This document shows positions 9,574-20,434 of a stretch of DNA of 64,000 nt, in pieces; position 1 is the stretch's first letter; every line of letters starts with the position of its first letter. Source of the stretch: a candidate division WWE3 bacterium RAAC2_WWE3_1 (lineage in GTDB: Bacteria > Patescibacteriota > WWE3 > UBA101185 > UBA10185); assembly GCA_000503835.1 (NCBI GenBank), contig CP006914.1:721680-785679 (forward strand), read 5' to 3'. Under the pieces are notes generated by a model. The model had not been told where the DNA came from and did not search any database. It saw only the letters and a list, made by a program, of their open reading frames with translations. The position numbers were made by a program, and so were the translations under genes.

Positions 9574-10827
9574 ATGGTAAAAAAATCTAAAGAGCCCGAA
9601 GAAAAAAAAGGCAAGGGTGCGATAAGCGACGCAGTCATTTCACGTCTGGTAACCAAAGGAAAAAAGCAGGGTTTTCTGACATTGGACAACATACTTGAAC
9701 TGTTTCCACAAGCTGAGGAAGAGCTTGAAACATTGGATTTTCTTTACGAGAAACTTGTAGATGCAGGAGTTGATGTTTTCGACGTGACTTCTGAAAAAGA
9801 AGCCGAAAAGATTCACAAGTTCGAGGACATCGACCTTTCACAGATAAAACTTGATAAGACCGTGAGCTCCGACCCGGTAAGGATGTATCTGAGAGAAATT
9901 GGTAATTATAGTCTGCTTACATCTCTTGAAGAAGTAGATTTGGCAAAAAAGGCTGAGGTTTTGAGATACAAAAAGATAATTAAGGATCTGCAGCACGCCG
10001 GAAATAAAAAGCCCGGCCCTAAAGATATTTCCAAAGAAATGGGTCTTAAAGAAAGGGAAGTGAAGGAGATTGAGGCGTTTTCCCACGGTACTAATGACAG
10101 AGAAGGTGCGCGCGCTCACGAGATGCTGATAAAGGCTAATACCCGTCTTGTTGTTTCCATCGCGAAAAAGCATATGGGCAGGGGGCTTCAATTCTTAGAC
10201 CTTATTCAGGAAGGAAACATGGGTTTGATGAAAGCCGTTGATAAATTCGACTGGCGCCGGGGATTTAAATTTTCTACTTATGCTACCTGGTGGATTAGAC
10301 AAGCTATCACCCGAGCTATTGCAGACCAGGCCAAGACGATACGAGTTCCTGTTCACATGGTGGAAACAATCCACAAGTACAAAAAAATTGAGCGCGAACT
10401 GGAACAAAAATTTGAAAGGACGCCGACCCCCGAAGAAGTAGCCAAGGTCATGGGTATAGAGCCCGAGAAAGCTCACGATATCGTAAAGATCGCTCAGGAT
10501 GTTACCTCTCTCGAAACCCCGGTGGGCAAAGAGGAAGATACAAGGTTAAAAGAATTTATCGAGGACGAGACTACTTTATCTCCTTTCGAGGCCGCCAGTC
10601 GCGAGCTGTTAAAAGGACATATCGACGAAGTCTTGCAGTCCTTAAATCCGAGAGAAAGAAAAGTTTTGGAACTGAGGTTCGGGTTAAAAGACGGGCGTAC
10701 CCGCACACTTGAGGAAGTGGGAAAAGAGTTCGGTGTCACCCGCGAAAGAATACGACAAATAGAAGCCAAAGCATTGAGAAAACTCAGACATCCTTCCAGG
10801 AGCAAACGTCTTAGAGATTATCTTTAG
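9574..10827 (+). CDS. rpoD: RNA polymerase sigma-70 factor RpoD
   Basis: [36 protein letters not shown] (region 2.4/3), and C-terminal region 4 [30 protein letters not shown]. Confidence 0.92.
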   Translation: MVKKSKEPEEKKGKGAISDAVISRLVTKGKKQGFLTLDNILELFPQAEEELETLDFLYEKLVDAGVDVFDVTSEKEAEKIHKFEDIDLSQIKLDKTVSSDPVRMYLREIGNYSLLTSLEEVDLAKKAEVLRYKKIIKDLQHAGNKKPGPKDISKEMGLKEREVKEIEAFSHGTNDREGARAHEMLIKANTRLVVSIAKKHMGRGLQFLDLIQEGNMGLMKAVDKFDWRRGFKFSTYATWWIRQAITRAIADQAKTIRVPVHMVETIHKYKKIERELEQKFERTPTPEEVAKVMGIEPEKAHDIVKIAQDVTSLETPVGKEEDTRLKEFIEDETTLSPFEAASRELLKGHIDEVLQSLNPRERKVLELRFGLKDGRTRTLEEVGKEFGVTRERIRQIEAKALRKLRHPSRSKRLRDYL

Positions 10828-12403
10828 GCTGTAAAAAGGGAATTACTTCCGAAATAGGTATAGTTTTCTTGTCTAAATTCCTGTATATAAACACGTCCGA
10901 TAACGGAATTAAATTCGGTTTTGACAATGTGAAATCCTTCACAAGCTCAAATTTTTCCGGGGAATTAAGAACCCGGACGAAACTATTCCACCTAAGATAA
11001 TATTCGGGAAATGCATCTTTGACTTCCGGGCGTTTGTGGTTTTCCAGGGGCCGCGAAGAAACTACAATGTAATCGTAGTAAGAAGGGTCTTTGGGATAGA
11101 AAAGTTCCGCATTTTTTGAAGCATAAACCTCGTACTGATAGACTTCGGCTACCGGCAATTTGTTCATCGGGTCTAATCCTTCCTCGGTGTAGACAAGCTT
11201 GGCCGAAAGTTCGGGTATGTTTTTCTGCATCCACAAATAGGCTTCGGACTTGGGTGTCCACTTTTGAAATTGAGTTAACAAAAGCGCGGGAAAATATAAA
11301 TAATATCCCAGTAGCGCAGCAGTTATAAAGTAGGCCGGTTTGAGGCCGAACTTCCCCCGTAATTCTTTTAGCCCCCGGACCGTGAAATATAGAACCATCG
11401 GCAAAACAGGAAGGAGCCACCTGTCCACTCTTCTTGATTGTAACGAGAAAAAGAGCAGGTAAATGAGAACGTTAAGTATGAGGAACAGATCGAATTTTAC
11501 TTTTCCTTTTGAAAATATTCCGAATCCGGATAGAACGGCAATCGCCGGGGTGACCATAAAACCTAATGCGTAAACGTATTTAAAATACCCGCGGTCGACG
11601 GAGTCGAAGACCAGACCCCCTTCTTTAAACATCATTTCGTATATCCTGAAAACGAAATCCTGAACAAAAATAAGAGCGAAAGGATTGGACAAAGCAAACA
11701 CACCCAAGGTTATGAACAGCAGAGCTGCCACGTTCCTGAATTGTCCCTTCTTATAAAAGATCCAGACGTAGAGCGGGAGGGTAATAAGAGCGGTGATTTT
11801 AGTGCCTACAGCCAGTCCCAGGAGCACCCCCGTTATTACTGTAAGAGCCGTATCGTTCTTTTCTTTTTCGGCATAAAGCAAAGAAGTAAGAAGGGACAAT
11901 GAGATCAGCAAGGTTAGGAGGACGTCGGCATTGATGTAATGGGCATGAACGATTAGTTTCCAGTTGAGCGCGAGCAGGAAATAGAGAGCCAGCGTAGGTT
12001 TTATGTCCTTCGTTTTTTTATAAAAAAGAAAAGAAACGACCGGGGCTATCAAAAAACTTAACAGCGCATTAAAGACCCTCATTGCCACGTAAAGGTCGTA
12101 TTTAGCGGCGGAAGTTCCCAGGATGTTGGAAATTTTGCTGAATCCCATGACGAAAAAAGTAAAAAGATATGAGGGAAATGTTCCATAAACGTAGGATACG
12201 GGAGTCAATTTATAGTAATCGCCCTCAGCAATTATCGACCTGAACTCGTAAGTGTATTTAATGGCAAGTTCCGCTATCTCGGGCTCGTCGGCGTAAAAAC
12301 TGTGGGGGAGACCGAACTCTATGTGCCACAATCGGAAAAATATTCCCGCTACGGTAATTAACGTAATAATTATGATGACAATTTTTTTATTTCTCATACA
12401 CAA
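10811..12403 (-). CDS. polytopic membrane protein, GT-C (ArnT/PMT-like) glycosyltransferase candidate
   Basis: 530 aa with about 12 TM helices. N-terminal loop contains a YADEPE (DE) motif like GT-C family 39/83. Assignment is inference. Confidence 0.4.
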   Translation of the reverse strand: MCMRNKKIVIIIITLITVAGIFFRLWHIEFGLPHSFYADEPEIAELAIKYTYEFRSIIAEGDYYKLTPVSYVYGTFPSYLFTFFVMGFSKISNILGTSAAKYDLYVAMRVFNALLSFLIAPVVSFLFYKKTKDIKPTLALYFLLALNWKLIVHAHYINADVLLTLLISLSLLTSLLYAEKEKNDTALTVITGVLLGLAVGTKITALITLPLYVWIFYKKGQFRNVAALLFITLGVFALSNPFALIFVQDFVFRIYEMMFKEGGLVFDSVDRGYFKYVYALGFMVTPAIAVLSGFGIFSKGKVKFDLFLILNVLIYLLFFSLQSRRVDRWLLPVLPMVLYFTVRGLKELRGKFGLKPAYFITAALLGYYLYFPALLLTQFQKWTPKSEAYLWMQKNIPELSAKLVYTEEGLDPMNKLPVAEVYQYEVYASKNAELFYPKDPSYYDYIVVSSRPLENHKRPEVKDAFPEYYLRWNSFVRVLNSPEKFELVKDFTLSKPNLIPLSDVFIYRNLDKKTIPISEVIPFLQPKDNL

Positions 12404-12474
12404 GCTTATGCTGAGTATATCAAAATTTCCTTTGGGTTCTTCAATGACTGCTCAAATGAAGTATAATTTTTCAT

Positions 12475-13023
12475 ATGGATGAAGAAAAGAAAACGGCGGG
12501 CTGGACGATTGTAGGCATCCTCATTTCCGGTATTATCGTAGTTTTGTCTATGAGGTATTTCGACAGCTTGGAATTTATTCTCAAATCCACGGGACTGCTG
12601 GGGCCGATAATAAGTATCGGTTTATATGGTGTGTTCAGTGTTACACCCGTACCTACGGACTCGCTTACTGTAGTGAACGGTCTGGTGTTCGGAACTCTGG
12701 TCGGTACTGTTTTGGCTACGGTGGGGAACACCATCGCCGCGTTAGTGGAGTATTTCTTAGGTTTAAAGGTCAGGGATGTCACAGGCACGAAAGGTAAGAC
12801 TTTCACTATTCCGATAATAAAGAAAAAGTTTCCCGTAAACTCAGCCATGTTCCTGATATTCGGAAGGTTTTTACCGGGCTACGGCGGAAAAATAGTAAGT
12901 GTGGTCGGAGGTATGTATAAGGTTTCGTTTTGGAAATATACATGGACCGCCTTAGTAGCGAACTTTATCGGGGCGCTGATGTTTGCTTACGGGGGTAGTC
13001 TTTTGAGAACACTTTTATATTAA
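12475..13023 (+). CDS. DedA/SNARE-associated (TVP38) family membrane protein
   Basis: 182 aa, multi-TM, with conserved VTPVPTD and GT(L/V)VG motifs typical of the DedA family. Confidence 0.55.
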   Translation: MDEEKKTAGWTIVGILISGIIVVLSMRYFDSLEFILKSTGLLGPIISIGLYGVFSVTPVPTDSLTVVNGLVFGTLVGTVLATVGNTIAALVEYFLGLKVRDVTGTKGKTFTIPIIKKKFPVNSAMFLIFGRFLPGYGGKIVSVVGGMYKVSFWKYTWTALVANFIGALMFAYGGSLLRTLLY

Positions 13024-13079
13024 CTATATTTACGATCTCCCGAGGTTGAATTAAAAAATTTATACTGGATAATTAGTTA

Positions 13080-14045
13080 ATGATGATCCTGCTCCGGGCT
13101 GTGGTGTATTTTTTCATGTTCTTTGTGTTGTGGCTGGGTTCCGGTTTGATAATTTCAGCAGTTGAAAAAGCCTCAAAAGTATTAAAGATATCAACTTTCG
13201 CTCTGTCCTTTTTTGTACTGGGTCTGCTGACGTCCATACCGGAGATTGCGGTAGGAGTGACGTCGGTTGTAGAGAACGATCCCCGGATTTTCGTCGGTAA
13301 TCTTCTCGGCGGGGTGATAGTCATTTTTCTGTTAATAATTCCCGTTCTGGCGATATTAGGTAATGGCATAAATCTTAACCATCGTATGGACAAAAAGGGA
13401 TTGTTAGCCGCGATGATAGTCAGTGTTGCGCCGGCGCTGTTGGTAGCCGATAAAAGGGTCGGAATGTTCGAGGCGGTACTTATGATCCTTCTCTATATTT
13501 CAACTTTGTATATTGTTCAGAGAAAGCAGAGTCTTGTGGAGAAAATCGAAACCATTCAAACCTCGTTAAAGACCGACGGGAGAACGCACATTCAAAACAT
13601 ACTAAAAATATTGGTCGGATTAGTTATAGTCTTTTTCGGAAGCGAGTATATTGTGAAAGAAACGTTAGCGTTCTCTGAAATTATAAAGGTGTCCCCGTTC
13701 TTGTTGAGCATTTTGGTACTGTCCATCGGAACAAACCTTCCCGAACTTTTTCTTGCCGTAAGAGGCATAAGGAAAAACAAGAAAGATGTAGCCTTCGGAG
13801 ATTACATAGGGTCGGCGTCTGCGAACACCCTGATATTTGGAGGGCTGGTATTTATGAATGGCGGAACAGTTACCCTTACAAATAATTTCATGCAGAGCTT
13901 GATATTTATTATTATCGCTCTGACCTGTTTCTATTTTTTCGCGAGGTCAAAAAGCACAATCTCGAGAAAAGAAGGCATAGTTCTTGTGCTGATATACATT
14001 TGTTTTGTAGCGCTTGAGTTCTGGGCGGCGTCTAACGGAAAATAA
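13080..14045 (+). CDS. Ca2+/Na+ antiporter (CaCA/YrbG family)
   Basis: Two alpha-repeat regions: GNLLGGVIVIFLLIIP and SIGTNLPELFLAV (GTSLPEL-like). 321 aa, about 10 TM helices. Confidence 0.7.
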   Translation: MMILLRAVVYFFMFFVLWLGSGLIISAVEKASKVLKISTFALSFFVLGLLTSIPEIAVGVTSVVENDPRIFVGNLLGGVIVIFLLIIPVLAILGNGINLNHRMDKKGLLAAMIVSVAPALLVADKRVGMFEAVLMILLYISTLYIVQRKQSLVEKIETIQTSLKTDGRTHIQNILKILVGLVIVFFGSEYIVKETLAFSEIIKVSPFLLSILVLSIGTNLPELFLAVRGIRKNKKDVAFGDYIGSASANTLIFGGLVFMNGGTVTLTNNFMQSLIFIIIALTCFYFFARSKSTISRKEGIVLVLIYICFVALEFWAASNGK

Positions 14046-14065
14046 ACAAGAACGCCGGCTTAGAG

Positions 14066-14368
14066 TTAAGCCTTTTTCTTATCCAACTTGTCCAGCTTTA
14101 GAACTTTCACGCCTGTATATACGACGAGTGCGATTACGACGAAGTCGATAAGGACATTCAAAAAACTGCCCCACATTATTTTTGCCGAACCCACCTGAAG
14201 ATAAGCACCCTGAAGGTTCTCGATGTTTTTCAACGCCAGTGCCAGCAGCGGGCTGATGATGTCTCCTACCAGGGAAGCTACCAGTTTGGACACCGCACCG
14301 CCTAAAATAAACCCGACCGCTAATCCCACGACACCTTGTTCTCTTACAAAATCCAAAAATCCTTTCAC
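14066..14368 (-). CDS. mscL: large-conductance mechanosensitive channel MscL
   Basis: MKGFLDFVREQGVVGLAVGFILGGAVSKLV. 100 aa, two TM helices. Canonical MscL N-terminus. Confidence 0.85.
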   Translation of the reverse strand: MKGFLDFVREQGVVGLAVGFILGGAVSKLVASLVGDIISPLLALALKNIENLQGAYLQVGSAKIMWGSFLNVLIDFVVIALVVYTGVKVLKLDKLDKKKA

Positions 14369-14489
14369 GGAAGATCACCTCCTAATCGGAACTTTACTGT
14401 TCTCAGTATATCAACTGTCTCTAAAATAAAAAAAGGCACCGGAGACAGGAATGAACCTTATCTGAGGTGCCTTGCGTAAATGTTACTCA

Positions 14490-15482
14490 CTACCTTTTAG
14501 GAAAGTTCAACTTAAGTTGACGCGGTTTCACGGGCAGTATCCGGGGCCAGACCTTCACTTCTCCGCCTGATTCTATCCCGTCGGTCGGTTCCGTGGTCAT
14601 TAACGGACGGTCGGGGTTGAGCGCGCCGCATTCCTTAAAGAAATCGCATCTTTTGCAGTGGCGTCCGAAGTGCGGAGGATACGATTCATCTTTTATACCG
14701 TTCACTATGTATCCCATGATTTCCAGGAACGTTCCAAAATCGTTCTTATTCCTATACGTCATGAAGGCTTTACCGTCTCTTAGGTGATACCAGTAAAAGG
14801 CTACCGGCAATTTTTTATACACCTGATAGTAGAGCCAGTAATACGCGGTTACCTGAAGGTCTTCATGCAGTTCGAATTGGTGCGCCGCCAGGGCAAGATC
14901 GCTGATGTTGGGGTCGAACCTGCGTGGATCATAGGATTCTTTTCCGGTCTTAAGATCGATGATAGCGACAGGATCGTACCCTTCCTTCAATCTTCCGTTG
15001 ACGATTAGTTCGGGCCTGATTTTTGCTATCGATTCCGTCGGCATCATTCTTATTTGGTCGACGATACCGACAAACATCACTCTTGGAAATAACGGGACTT
15101 CGTATCTTTTTTCAACATACAGGGGAGCGGGTTTATCGATATTCTGCTTCCAGTAGTTGTTGATACAGAACCACCCGTCTCTTCCGTAGTCACTGCTTTT
15201 TTCATTAGACCGGACAATTAGTGTGTCGGCATTTTCTTCAAGTGCCCTTTTCCAGGTCCAAAACCAGGCTCTTCGTGCGTTGTCTATGTTTTGGTAATAG
15301 AGCGGGTTGCGGTTTGACTTGTGCATTTTAGCCACGAATTGATGGACCGTGTGACCCATAAGCCTCGGACAGTCGGTTTTTCCCGGCAGTCCTAAAATGT
15401 GAGGGAACCAGTAGCTTCGGGGACAGTCCAGATAAGACCCGCCCGAGCTTTTACTCAGCCGCAGAGACCATTTTCCGGCCAT
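14490..15482 (-). CDS. PD-(D/E)XK nuclease with Cas4/AddB-type 4Fe-4S cysteines (Cas4-like/RecB-family exonuclease), stand-alone
   Basis: N-terminal GSYLDCPRSYWF (first Cys) and C-terminal CKRCDFFKEC (CxxC..C), a Cas4/DUF83 signature. Start chosen at ATG 15482 preceded by GGAGGAG RBS; the ORF track extends in-frame to 15662 but that region has no RBS. Confidence 0.6.
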   Translation of the reverse strand: MAGKWSLRLSKSSGGSYLDCPRSYWFPHILGLPGKTDCPRLMGHTVHQFVAKMHKSNRNPLYYQNIDNARRAWFWTWKRALEENADTLIVRSNEKSSDYGRDGWFCINNYWKQNIDKPAPLYVEKRYEVPLFPRVMFVGIVDQIRMMPTESIAKIRPELIVNGRLKEGYDPVAIIDLKTGKESYDPRRFDPNISDLALAAHQFELHEDLQVTAYYWLYYQVYKKLPVAFYWYHLRDGKAFMTYRNKNDFGTFLEIMGYIVNGIKDESYPPHFGRHCKRCDFFKECGALNPDRPLMTTEPTDGIESGGEVKVWPRILPVKPRQLKLNFPKR

Positions 15483-15670
15483 TTCTCCTCCTTTTCTCTT
15501 AGGTTGTGAAAGTGCTGATTTACGCCATTTATTGATAGGCGTGGGTAGTTGGCTAATAATATAACATTTTAGGGCAAATTTTTCGCTTTTCGGGACGGAT
15601 GGAACACGGTGTAAATTTCCAATACAATGATGTAGACCGAGGAAAGCTGCCGGATTTTTCATAGGAAGTT

Positions 15671-17404
15671 ATGTCAAAAATTACAAAAAGCCAGAAAAAA
15701 TTCCTAAAAAACGCATACAAAAATACACCTCTCGGGGAGCTTTCAAAAAAGACCGGCATCCCCCGGGAAGAAGTTTTGTCCTACATAAAAAAATCCGGAA
15801 AAAACCCGGATAAAATTATCGGGAACGAAAGTGAAAACAAAGTTAAGTCTTTTTCTGAAATTTTATTGGTTCTTAAGGAAAGCAAATGGGTAGTATTGGG
15901 ACTTTTTATTTTGGTTTCGGCATTATACTTCAATTCTTTAAAAGGACAGTTCGTGGCCGATGACATTTTGGGGTTTCGTGACAACCCGCAGGTTAAAAAT
16001 CTCGCCGTTTCTTTTCGTTCGATGAGAGCTCAGGCGATTGTTTATGCGTTGTCATATAAATTTTTCGGATTAAGTCCGGTGCCCCTCCACGCAGCCTCAA
16101 TTTTGTACCATTTAATAAACTCGCTCCTGGTCCTTATTTTGGGAACTTTGTTGTTTGGAAGGAAGATCGGGACTTTGGCGGCCTTTTTATTCGCGGCATT
16201 CCCCGTTAATACCGAGGCTGTTTCCTGGATCTCGGCATCGAACTATTCTTTAGAAACATCGACCTTTTTGGTAATGGCTATTCTTTATGTTTTTTACAAA
16301 TCTTCGGGAAGAAAAACTTATTTATCCGGGGCAATTGCGGCAAATGCTTTCGCAATATTTATCGTGGGAAGCAATTTCGTTATTTCCTTCGTGCCCCTGA
16401 TATTTTTAATCGACAGGTTCTTTATAGAAAAGAAAAGTTTCGTAAGTTCGCTGAAAAACGTTGCGTTCCTTATTCCTTTAACGGTAGTAAATTTTTTGTA
16501 CAAATACGGACAGTACAATAACAGGGTCTCGTACCTGTCCGGTTCGGCCGAAGCCAATGTTGAAGCCGCAATGCCTTATTTTTTGAGGTTTCCTTATACA
16601 CTTTACTCGAACCTCAGGCTGCTCGTTTTTCCCGATAATCTTTCGATTTTTCACGAAGGAGACGTAATAACGGACACGGGTTTTCTGTTAATGTGGCTCT
16701 TTACTTTAACGTTTTTCGGCGTGGCCTTTTTCCTGAAAAAAAGAAACGCGGAAATTGCGGGGCTTATGTTTTTTATACCCACAGCCTTGTTGTTAACTTT
16801 CAGCCCGGTGCTTATCTCAAGTTATTATGCCGAAAGGTACATGTATTTGGCTACGGTAGGATTTAGTATTCTCGCGGCCTCGCTTTTTGTAATGCTTGAA
16901 GAAAAAATTAGAATTAAACACCTGGCTGTAATTTGTGCCGTGTTCGTACTGGGTTTTTATTCATTCAGGGTTGTGACGAGAAATGTTGAGTGGTCCACTC
17001 CGGAAAAACTTTGGGTTTCAACGGCAAGAGAGGTTCCCAACAGCCCTCGGGCACACAAAGTGTTGGCCGACTATTACATTGAGAATAAAGATTTCGATAA
17101 TGCTGCAAAAGAATCTGAAATTGCTCTGAAGTTGAGGGACGGAGACTATCCGGGAGCGCGCAACAACCTTGGTTTAAGCTATTTAAGGATGGGGATGGCC
17201 GATAAAGCGGAAGAGCATTTTATAAATAATATCGAGAACTATCCTGATATGTGGCAATCCTACTTTAATATGTCGGAGATCGAAGTTAACAGAAATAATC
17301 TAAAGGGGGCGGTTTTTTATCTGGAAAAAGTCCTCGAACTGGACCAGGGAAATGATAGAGCCCGGTACATTTTAGGGAAAATAAAGGAAGGGTCGGGGTT
17401 ATAG
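15671..17404 (+). CDS. membrane protein with C-terminal TPR repeats (TMTC/PMT_2-like O-mannosyltransferase candidate)
   Basis: 577 aa: cytoplasmic N-terminus, about 9 TM helices, then TPR repeats (NNLGLSYLRMGMADKAEEHF...). This architecture is common in CPR genomes. Confidence 0.5.
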   Translation: MSKITKSQKKFLKNAYKNTPLGELSKKTGIPREEVLSYIKKSGKNPDKIIGNESENKVKSFSEILLVLKESKWVVLGLFILVSALYFNSLKGQFVADDILGFRDNPQVKNLAVSFRSMRAQAIVYALSYKFFGLSPVPLHAASILYHLINSLLVLILGTLLFGRKIGTLAAFLFAAFPVNTEAVSWISASNYSLETSTFLVMAILYVFYKSSGRKTYLSGAIAANAFAIFIVGSNFVISFVPLIFLIDRFFIEKKSFVSSLKNVAFLIPLTVVNFLYKYGQYNNRVSYLSGSAEANVEAAMPYFLRFPYTLYSNLRLLVFPDNLSIFHEGDVITDTGFLLMWLFTLTFFGVAFFLKKRNAEIAGLMFFIPTALLLTFSPVLISSYYAERYMYLATVGFSILAASLFVMLEEKIRIKHLAVICAVFVLGFYSFRVVTRNVEWSTPEKLWVSTAREVPNSPRAHKVLADYYIENKDFDNAAKESEIALKLRDGDYPGARNNLGLSYLRMGMADKAEEHFINNIENYPDMWQSYFNMSEIEVNRNNLKGAVFYLEKVLELDQGNDRARYILGKIKEGSGL

Positions 17405-17457
17405 GTCGAAAAAAAGCACCTGAGTTTTTTAAAACAGGTGCTCGGTGTCACTTACGA

Positions 17458-17841
17458 CTAGTTGGGATATTTTCCTCTCACAGTGTACTCCGCAATTTTT
17501 TTACAATCGGGAAAGGTCCTGAGAACAACCTCCTCTTTTTTATATTTTTTTGCGAATGTCCAAAGAGCGTAATGTTCAATCGGGGAAATATATTTCGGGT
17601 CCATGCTTAAATACAATTTGGACACGTGTTTCCATCTGGGGAAAGCCATTTCGCCCCTATGCATGTCCGCCAGAGACCCGATAATTAGGGTCGTGTTACC
17701 CGGGCCAAGGAAAATCTTCTTGAATTGGTCATAGCTCATAGGCGGGTTTCTCGGACGCTTAGACATAAAAATGTAGGTTAGTCCGGATCCAACAAGCGCT
17801 CCGGATACAAGACTAACGGCTAATTCCAGCCACAGATCCAT
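17458..17841 (-). CDS. hypothetical protein with N-terminal TM helix
   Basis: 127-aa ORF. AAGGAG RBS 7 nt upstream of ATG at 17841. Confidence 0.4.
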   Translation of the reverse strand: MDLWLELAVSLVSGALVGSGLTYIFMSKRPRNPPMSYDQFKKIFLGPGNTTLIIGSLADMHRGEMAFPRWKHVSKLYLSMDPKYISPIEHYALWTFAKKYKKEEVVLRTFPDCKKIAEYTVRGKYPN

Positions 17842-18046
17842 TTTTCACTCTCCTTTAAAATGTTCCGAACCCTTCAACTTATTGTTTGAGGAATCGGGGG
17901 ATTTGAACCTAACTTTGTGTGTGGGGATATTAGCACAAACCGGTGCGGTAGTAAACTATGGGATCATAGAGACACAACCAACCTCCGGACGTGAACCGTA
18001 GAGTAGTAAATAAAAACCTTTTCTCCCCGTTTAACCCGGATGGTAG

Positions 18047-18319
18047 TTACTTGACGAGCATCTTACGAACCGAGATAAATATGTATCCGACCACCCATGC
18101 AGTGATCACGGATGAGATAAGACCCAGTATGAATGACGACGCTGTCGTATCCCATGCTCCTGGTTTGACAAAATCAATGCTGTGGAACCAGGATCGAACG
18201 ATGGTAACTGAAACACCGGGGAACAGACCTACCAAGACTCTGCACAGAACATAAATTATTCCCGTCGTAAGAGCGAGGGTATTAGGGATGACCAAAAATT
18301 GGTTTTTCATTAACTTCAC
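18047..18319 (-). CDS. small membrane protein (2 TM), hypothetical
   Basis: 90-aa ORF with two hydrophobic helices. Confidence 0.3.
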   Translation of the reverse strand: MKLMKNQFLVIPNTLALTTGIIYVLCRVLVGLFPGVSVTIVRSWFHSIDFVKPGAWDTTASSFILGLISSVITAWVVGYIFISVRKMLVK

Positions 18320-18356
18320 CCCCTTCGGTAAAACTTACTTCTTTAAACTCAGTCTA

Positions 18357-18587
18357 TCAAAACTTATTATCCGCTTCCATTTGTTTAGGCGGACATTTAC
18401 TGTCTGAGTACGAGCAAAAAACACAGCAATCCCCGTTTTTAGGCTCGAGCATTTCTCCGCAGTGAATACATTTGTAAAAATGCTGACAGGCATTTACGGG
18501 CATGGTAGCAGACTGGTCCCTGCCGCATTTGGGACAGGTCAGAACGGCGTCCGTTTTAATATGTGGCATATAATTAGTATAGCGCAT
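18357..18587 (-). CDS. cysteine-rich zinc-ribbon-like small protein
   Basis: 76 aa containing CPKCG, C..H, CIHCG and GDCCVFCSY motifs (10 Cys). Confidence 0.4.
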   Translation of the reverse strand: MRYTNYMPHIKTDAVLTCPKCGRDQSATMPVNACQHFYKCIHCGEMLEPKNGDCCVFCSYSDSKCPPKQMEADNKF

Positions 18588-18794
18588 TTTAGCGTGTGTA
18601 CAGCGGGCGTATAAATCTCATCCGGGGTGCGGTCATTTTATAAGGACGGTTCGGCGATCTCAGAAATTCTGCACCCGATTTTTTTAAAGAAACCGCGTCC
18701 GTTTACAGCGAAGCGCTTACCGCGGTAAACAGGAAGCCGGAAGTTAGTAATTAGAAAAAGGAACGTCCCAACTTATAGAGTATATAAAGTTGTT

Positions 18795-19139
18795 TTATTC
18801 TCCGTCTTTTTTCCTTCTTCTTGATCCGTAGTAGATTAGTGTTTCTAAGGCTTCGGTTGCTATGTAACCCATAAAAGCGTATGCGATGAGCGCAAAAAGA
18901 GCGGAGAATTCAATAATAAAACCTTCCGGTAACTTCGGTGACGGAAACATGCCCTGAAACGGGTAGAGGAGCGGCTGGGTAGTTTCGTACATCCATGTAA
19001 CAAACGGAGCGGTTGTTGAGGCCCCGAAAAGTTTAAGAAGAATACGCAATCCTAAAAAACCCTCAATAACACTCAGTACAAAATTTATCAAAGATTCTAT
19101 GAGCCGGGGTATGTATGAATATACTCTATTCACTAACAC
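18795..19139 (-). CDS. YggT family membrane protein
   Basis: 114 aa, two TM helices, GFLGLRILLKLF motif similar to the YggT/Ycf19 family. Confidence 0.5.
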   Translation of the reverse strand: MLVNRVYSYIPRLIESLINFVLSVIEGFLGLRILLKLFGASTTAPFVTWMYETTQPLLYPFQGMFPSPKLPEGFIIEFSALFALIAYAFMGYIATEALETLIYYGSRRRKKDGE

Positions 19140-19420
19140 GCATTATAAGTGTAAATAATTGAGAAGTAAAATACGCATGCCGTAATTTAAGACACACCAT
19201 GCCTGTAGCTTCACAAGAACCGTGCTTACCGTTGTACCGCCACGGGCCTAGGTGAACAATAGTATCAGGCCGAGAACAAGCACAAGAACAATTATGATAG
19301 GATAACGGGCCACGAAACGTTTGATTGTTATTACTATCCCTGACATTAATTGAATGATACCGCAAAAGGGTAAAACTTGTCTGCTCTTCTCACCCCTGTT
19401 TAATATTTTTTGGAAACCCC

Positions 19421-19464
19421 TTGACACAATCTTACTGAGCAGTTAATATATCTGAATATTCAGA
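19421..19464 (+). promoter_or_regulatory. sigma-70-like promoter (TTGACA, 17-nt spacer, TAATAT) followed by a perfect 14-bp palindrome TCTGAATATTCAGA (putative operator)
   Basis: -35 at 19421..19426, -10 at 19444..19449, palindrome at 19451..19464. Located directly upstream of the AbrB-type regulator gene. Confidence 0.4.
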
Positions 19465-19502
19465 CGGGTCAGGACCGTCAGAATAATAAAAAGGATAAAA
19501 CA

Positions 19503-19754
19503 ATGAAAAAACAAAAATCAGACATTCTTAACTGCTGCAAAGTACAGGCAATTGTGCCGGTAGACGGTAGAGGACAAATGGTCTTGCCCAAAGAAATTAG
19601 GGAAAAAGCGGATATCAAAGCCGGAGATAAACTTGCAATCGTTACGGGAGAACAGAACGGACAGGTTTGTTTAATTGCCCTTATAAAGGCGGAACAGTTG
19701 GAAGAAACAGTTGAAAGCATGCTTAAGGTGTTGGGAGGGCAGACGCGAAAATAA
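19503..19754 (+). CDS. AbrB/MazE/SpoVT-family (swapped-hairpin) DNA-binding protein
   Basis: VPVDGRGQMVLPKEIREKADIKAGDKL matches the AbrB-N looped-hinge helix motif. 83 aa. Confidence 0.5.
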   Translation: MKKQKSDILNCCKVQAIVPVDGRGQMVLPKEIREKADIKAGDKLAIVTGEQNGQVCLIALIKAEQLEETVESMLKVLGGQTRK

Positions 19755-20434
19755 TGATAGGCCGGATAAACACTAATAAGCATACGGGGGTAATCGAAGC
19801 CCCACTAAAGGTCGATAAGATTAGAAGTCTTTACAATTTTGCAAGTAATTTCTACGCTCTCGCTAACTTTATCGAAGAAAAACATCATTTAAGAGCTTTG
19901 CAGTTGGCAAATATTCAGTCGGAAGAAAAAGTCTTGGAAGTGGCCGTCGGGCTGGGATACACATTCTCGAAAATTCTGGGTAAAGTTGACGCTGAGAATA
20001 AAGTACACGGCATCGATCTTTCGGAGAAGATGCTAGATAAAACAAAAAAGCGTGCCATCAAAAACGGTTATTCAAACTTTGATCTTAAAATCGGCGACGC
20101 CCGCAACCTTCCGTATCCTGACCAAACGTTTGATGTAGTCTACAACAGTTACATGTTGGACCTCATTCCGCTAGCCGATATGCCCGTTGTCCTTAAAGAA
20201 TTTCACAGAGTTCTAAAAAAAGGAGGACGCCTGGTTCTGCTCAATTTCAGTAAAAAAGACACCTCTCCTGTTTTCGCGGAGACGCTTTACAGGTTAATGC
20301 CGTCTATGTGGTTTGGTTGCAGACCGGTACTTATGGAGTCGTTTGTTAAAGAAACCGGGTTTAAAGATGTGACAAGGGAAGTTCCCAGGTTTTTCCTATC
20401 TTTACCGTCGGAAATTGTTATGGCCAGAAAGTAG
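19754..20434 (+). CDS. class I SAM-dependent methyltransferase (UbiE/COQ5-like)
   Basis: Motif I VLEVAVGLGY and post-I acidic residue. 226 aa. The start overlaps the upstream stop (ATGA). Confidence 0.65.
   Translation: MIGRINTNKHTGVIEAPLKVDKIRSLYNFASNFYALANFIEEKHHLRALQLANIQSEEKVLEVAVGLGYTFSKILGKVDAENKVHGIDLSEKMLDKTKKRAIKNGYSNFDLKIGDARNLPYPDQTFDVVYNSYMLDLIPLADMPVVLKEFHRVLKKGGRLVLLNFSKKDTSPVFAETLYRLMPSMWFGCRPVLMESFVKETGFKDVTREVPRFFLSLPSEIVMARK

Noticed and set aside
15483-15662. 60-codon N-terminal extension of the Cas4-like ORF
   Set aside because: An internal ATG at 15482 is preceded by a GGAGGAG RBS. The extension has no homology-like features and would overlap the divergent promoter region.
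17880-17990. GGTTCAAATCC T-loop-like motif on the minus strand upstream of gene 17458..17841, suggesting a tRNA/tmRNA
   Set aside because: I could not build an acceptor stem or anticodon arm around it in either orientation. It is more likely part of the 5' leader, with an AAGGAG RBS just downstream.
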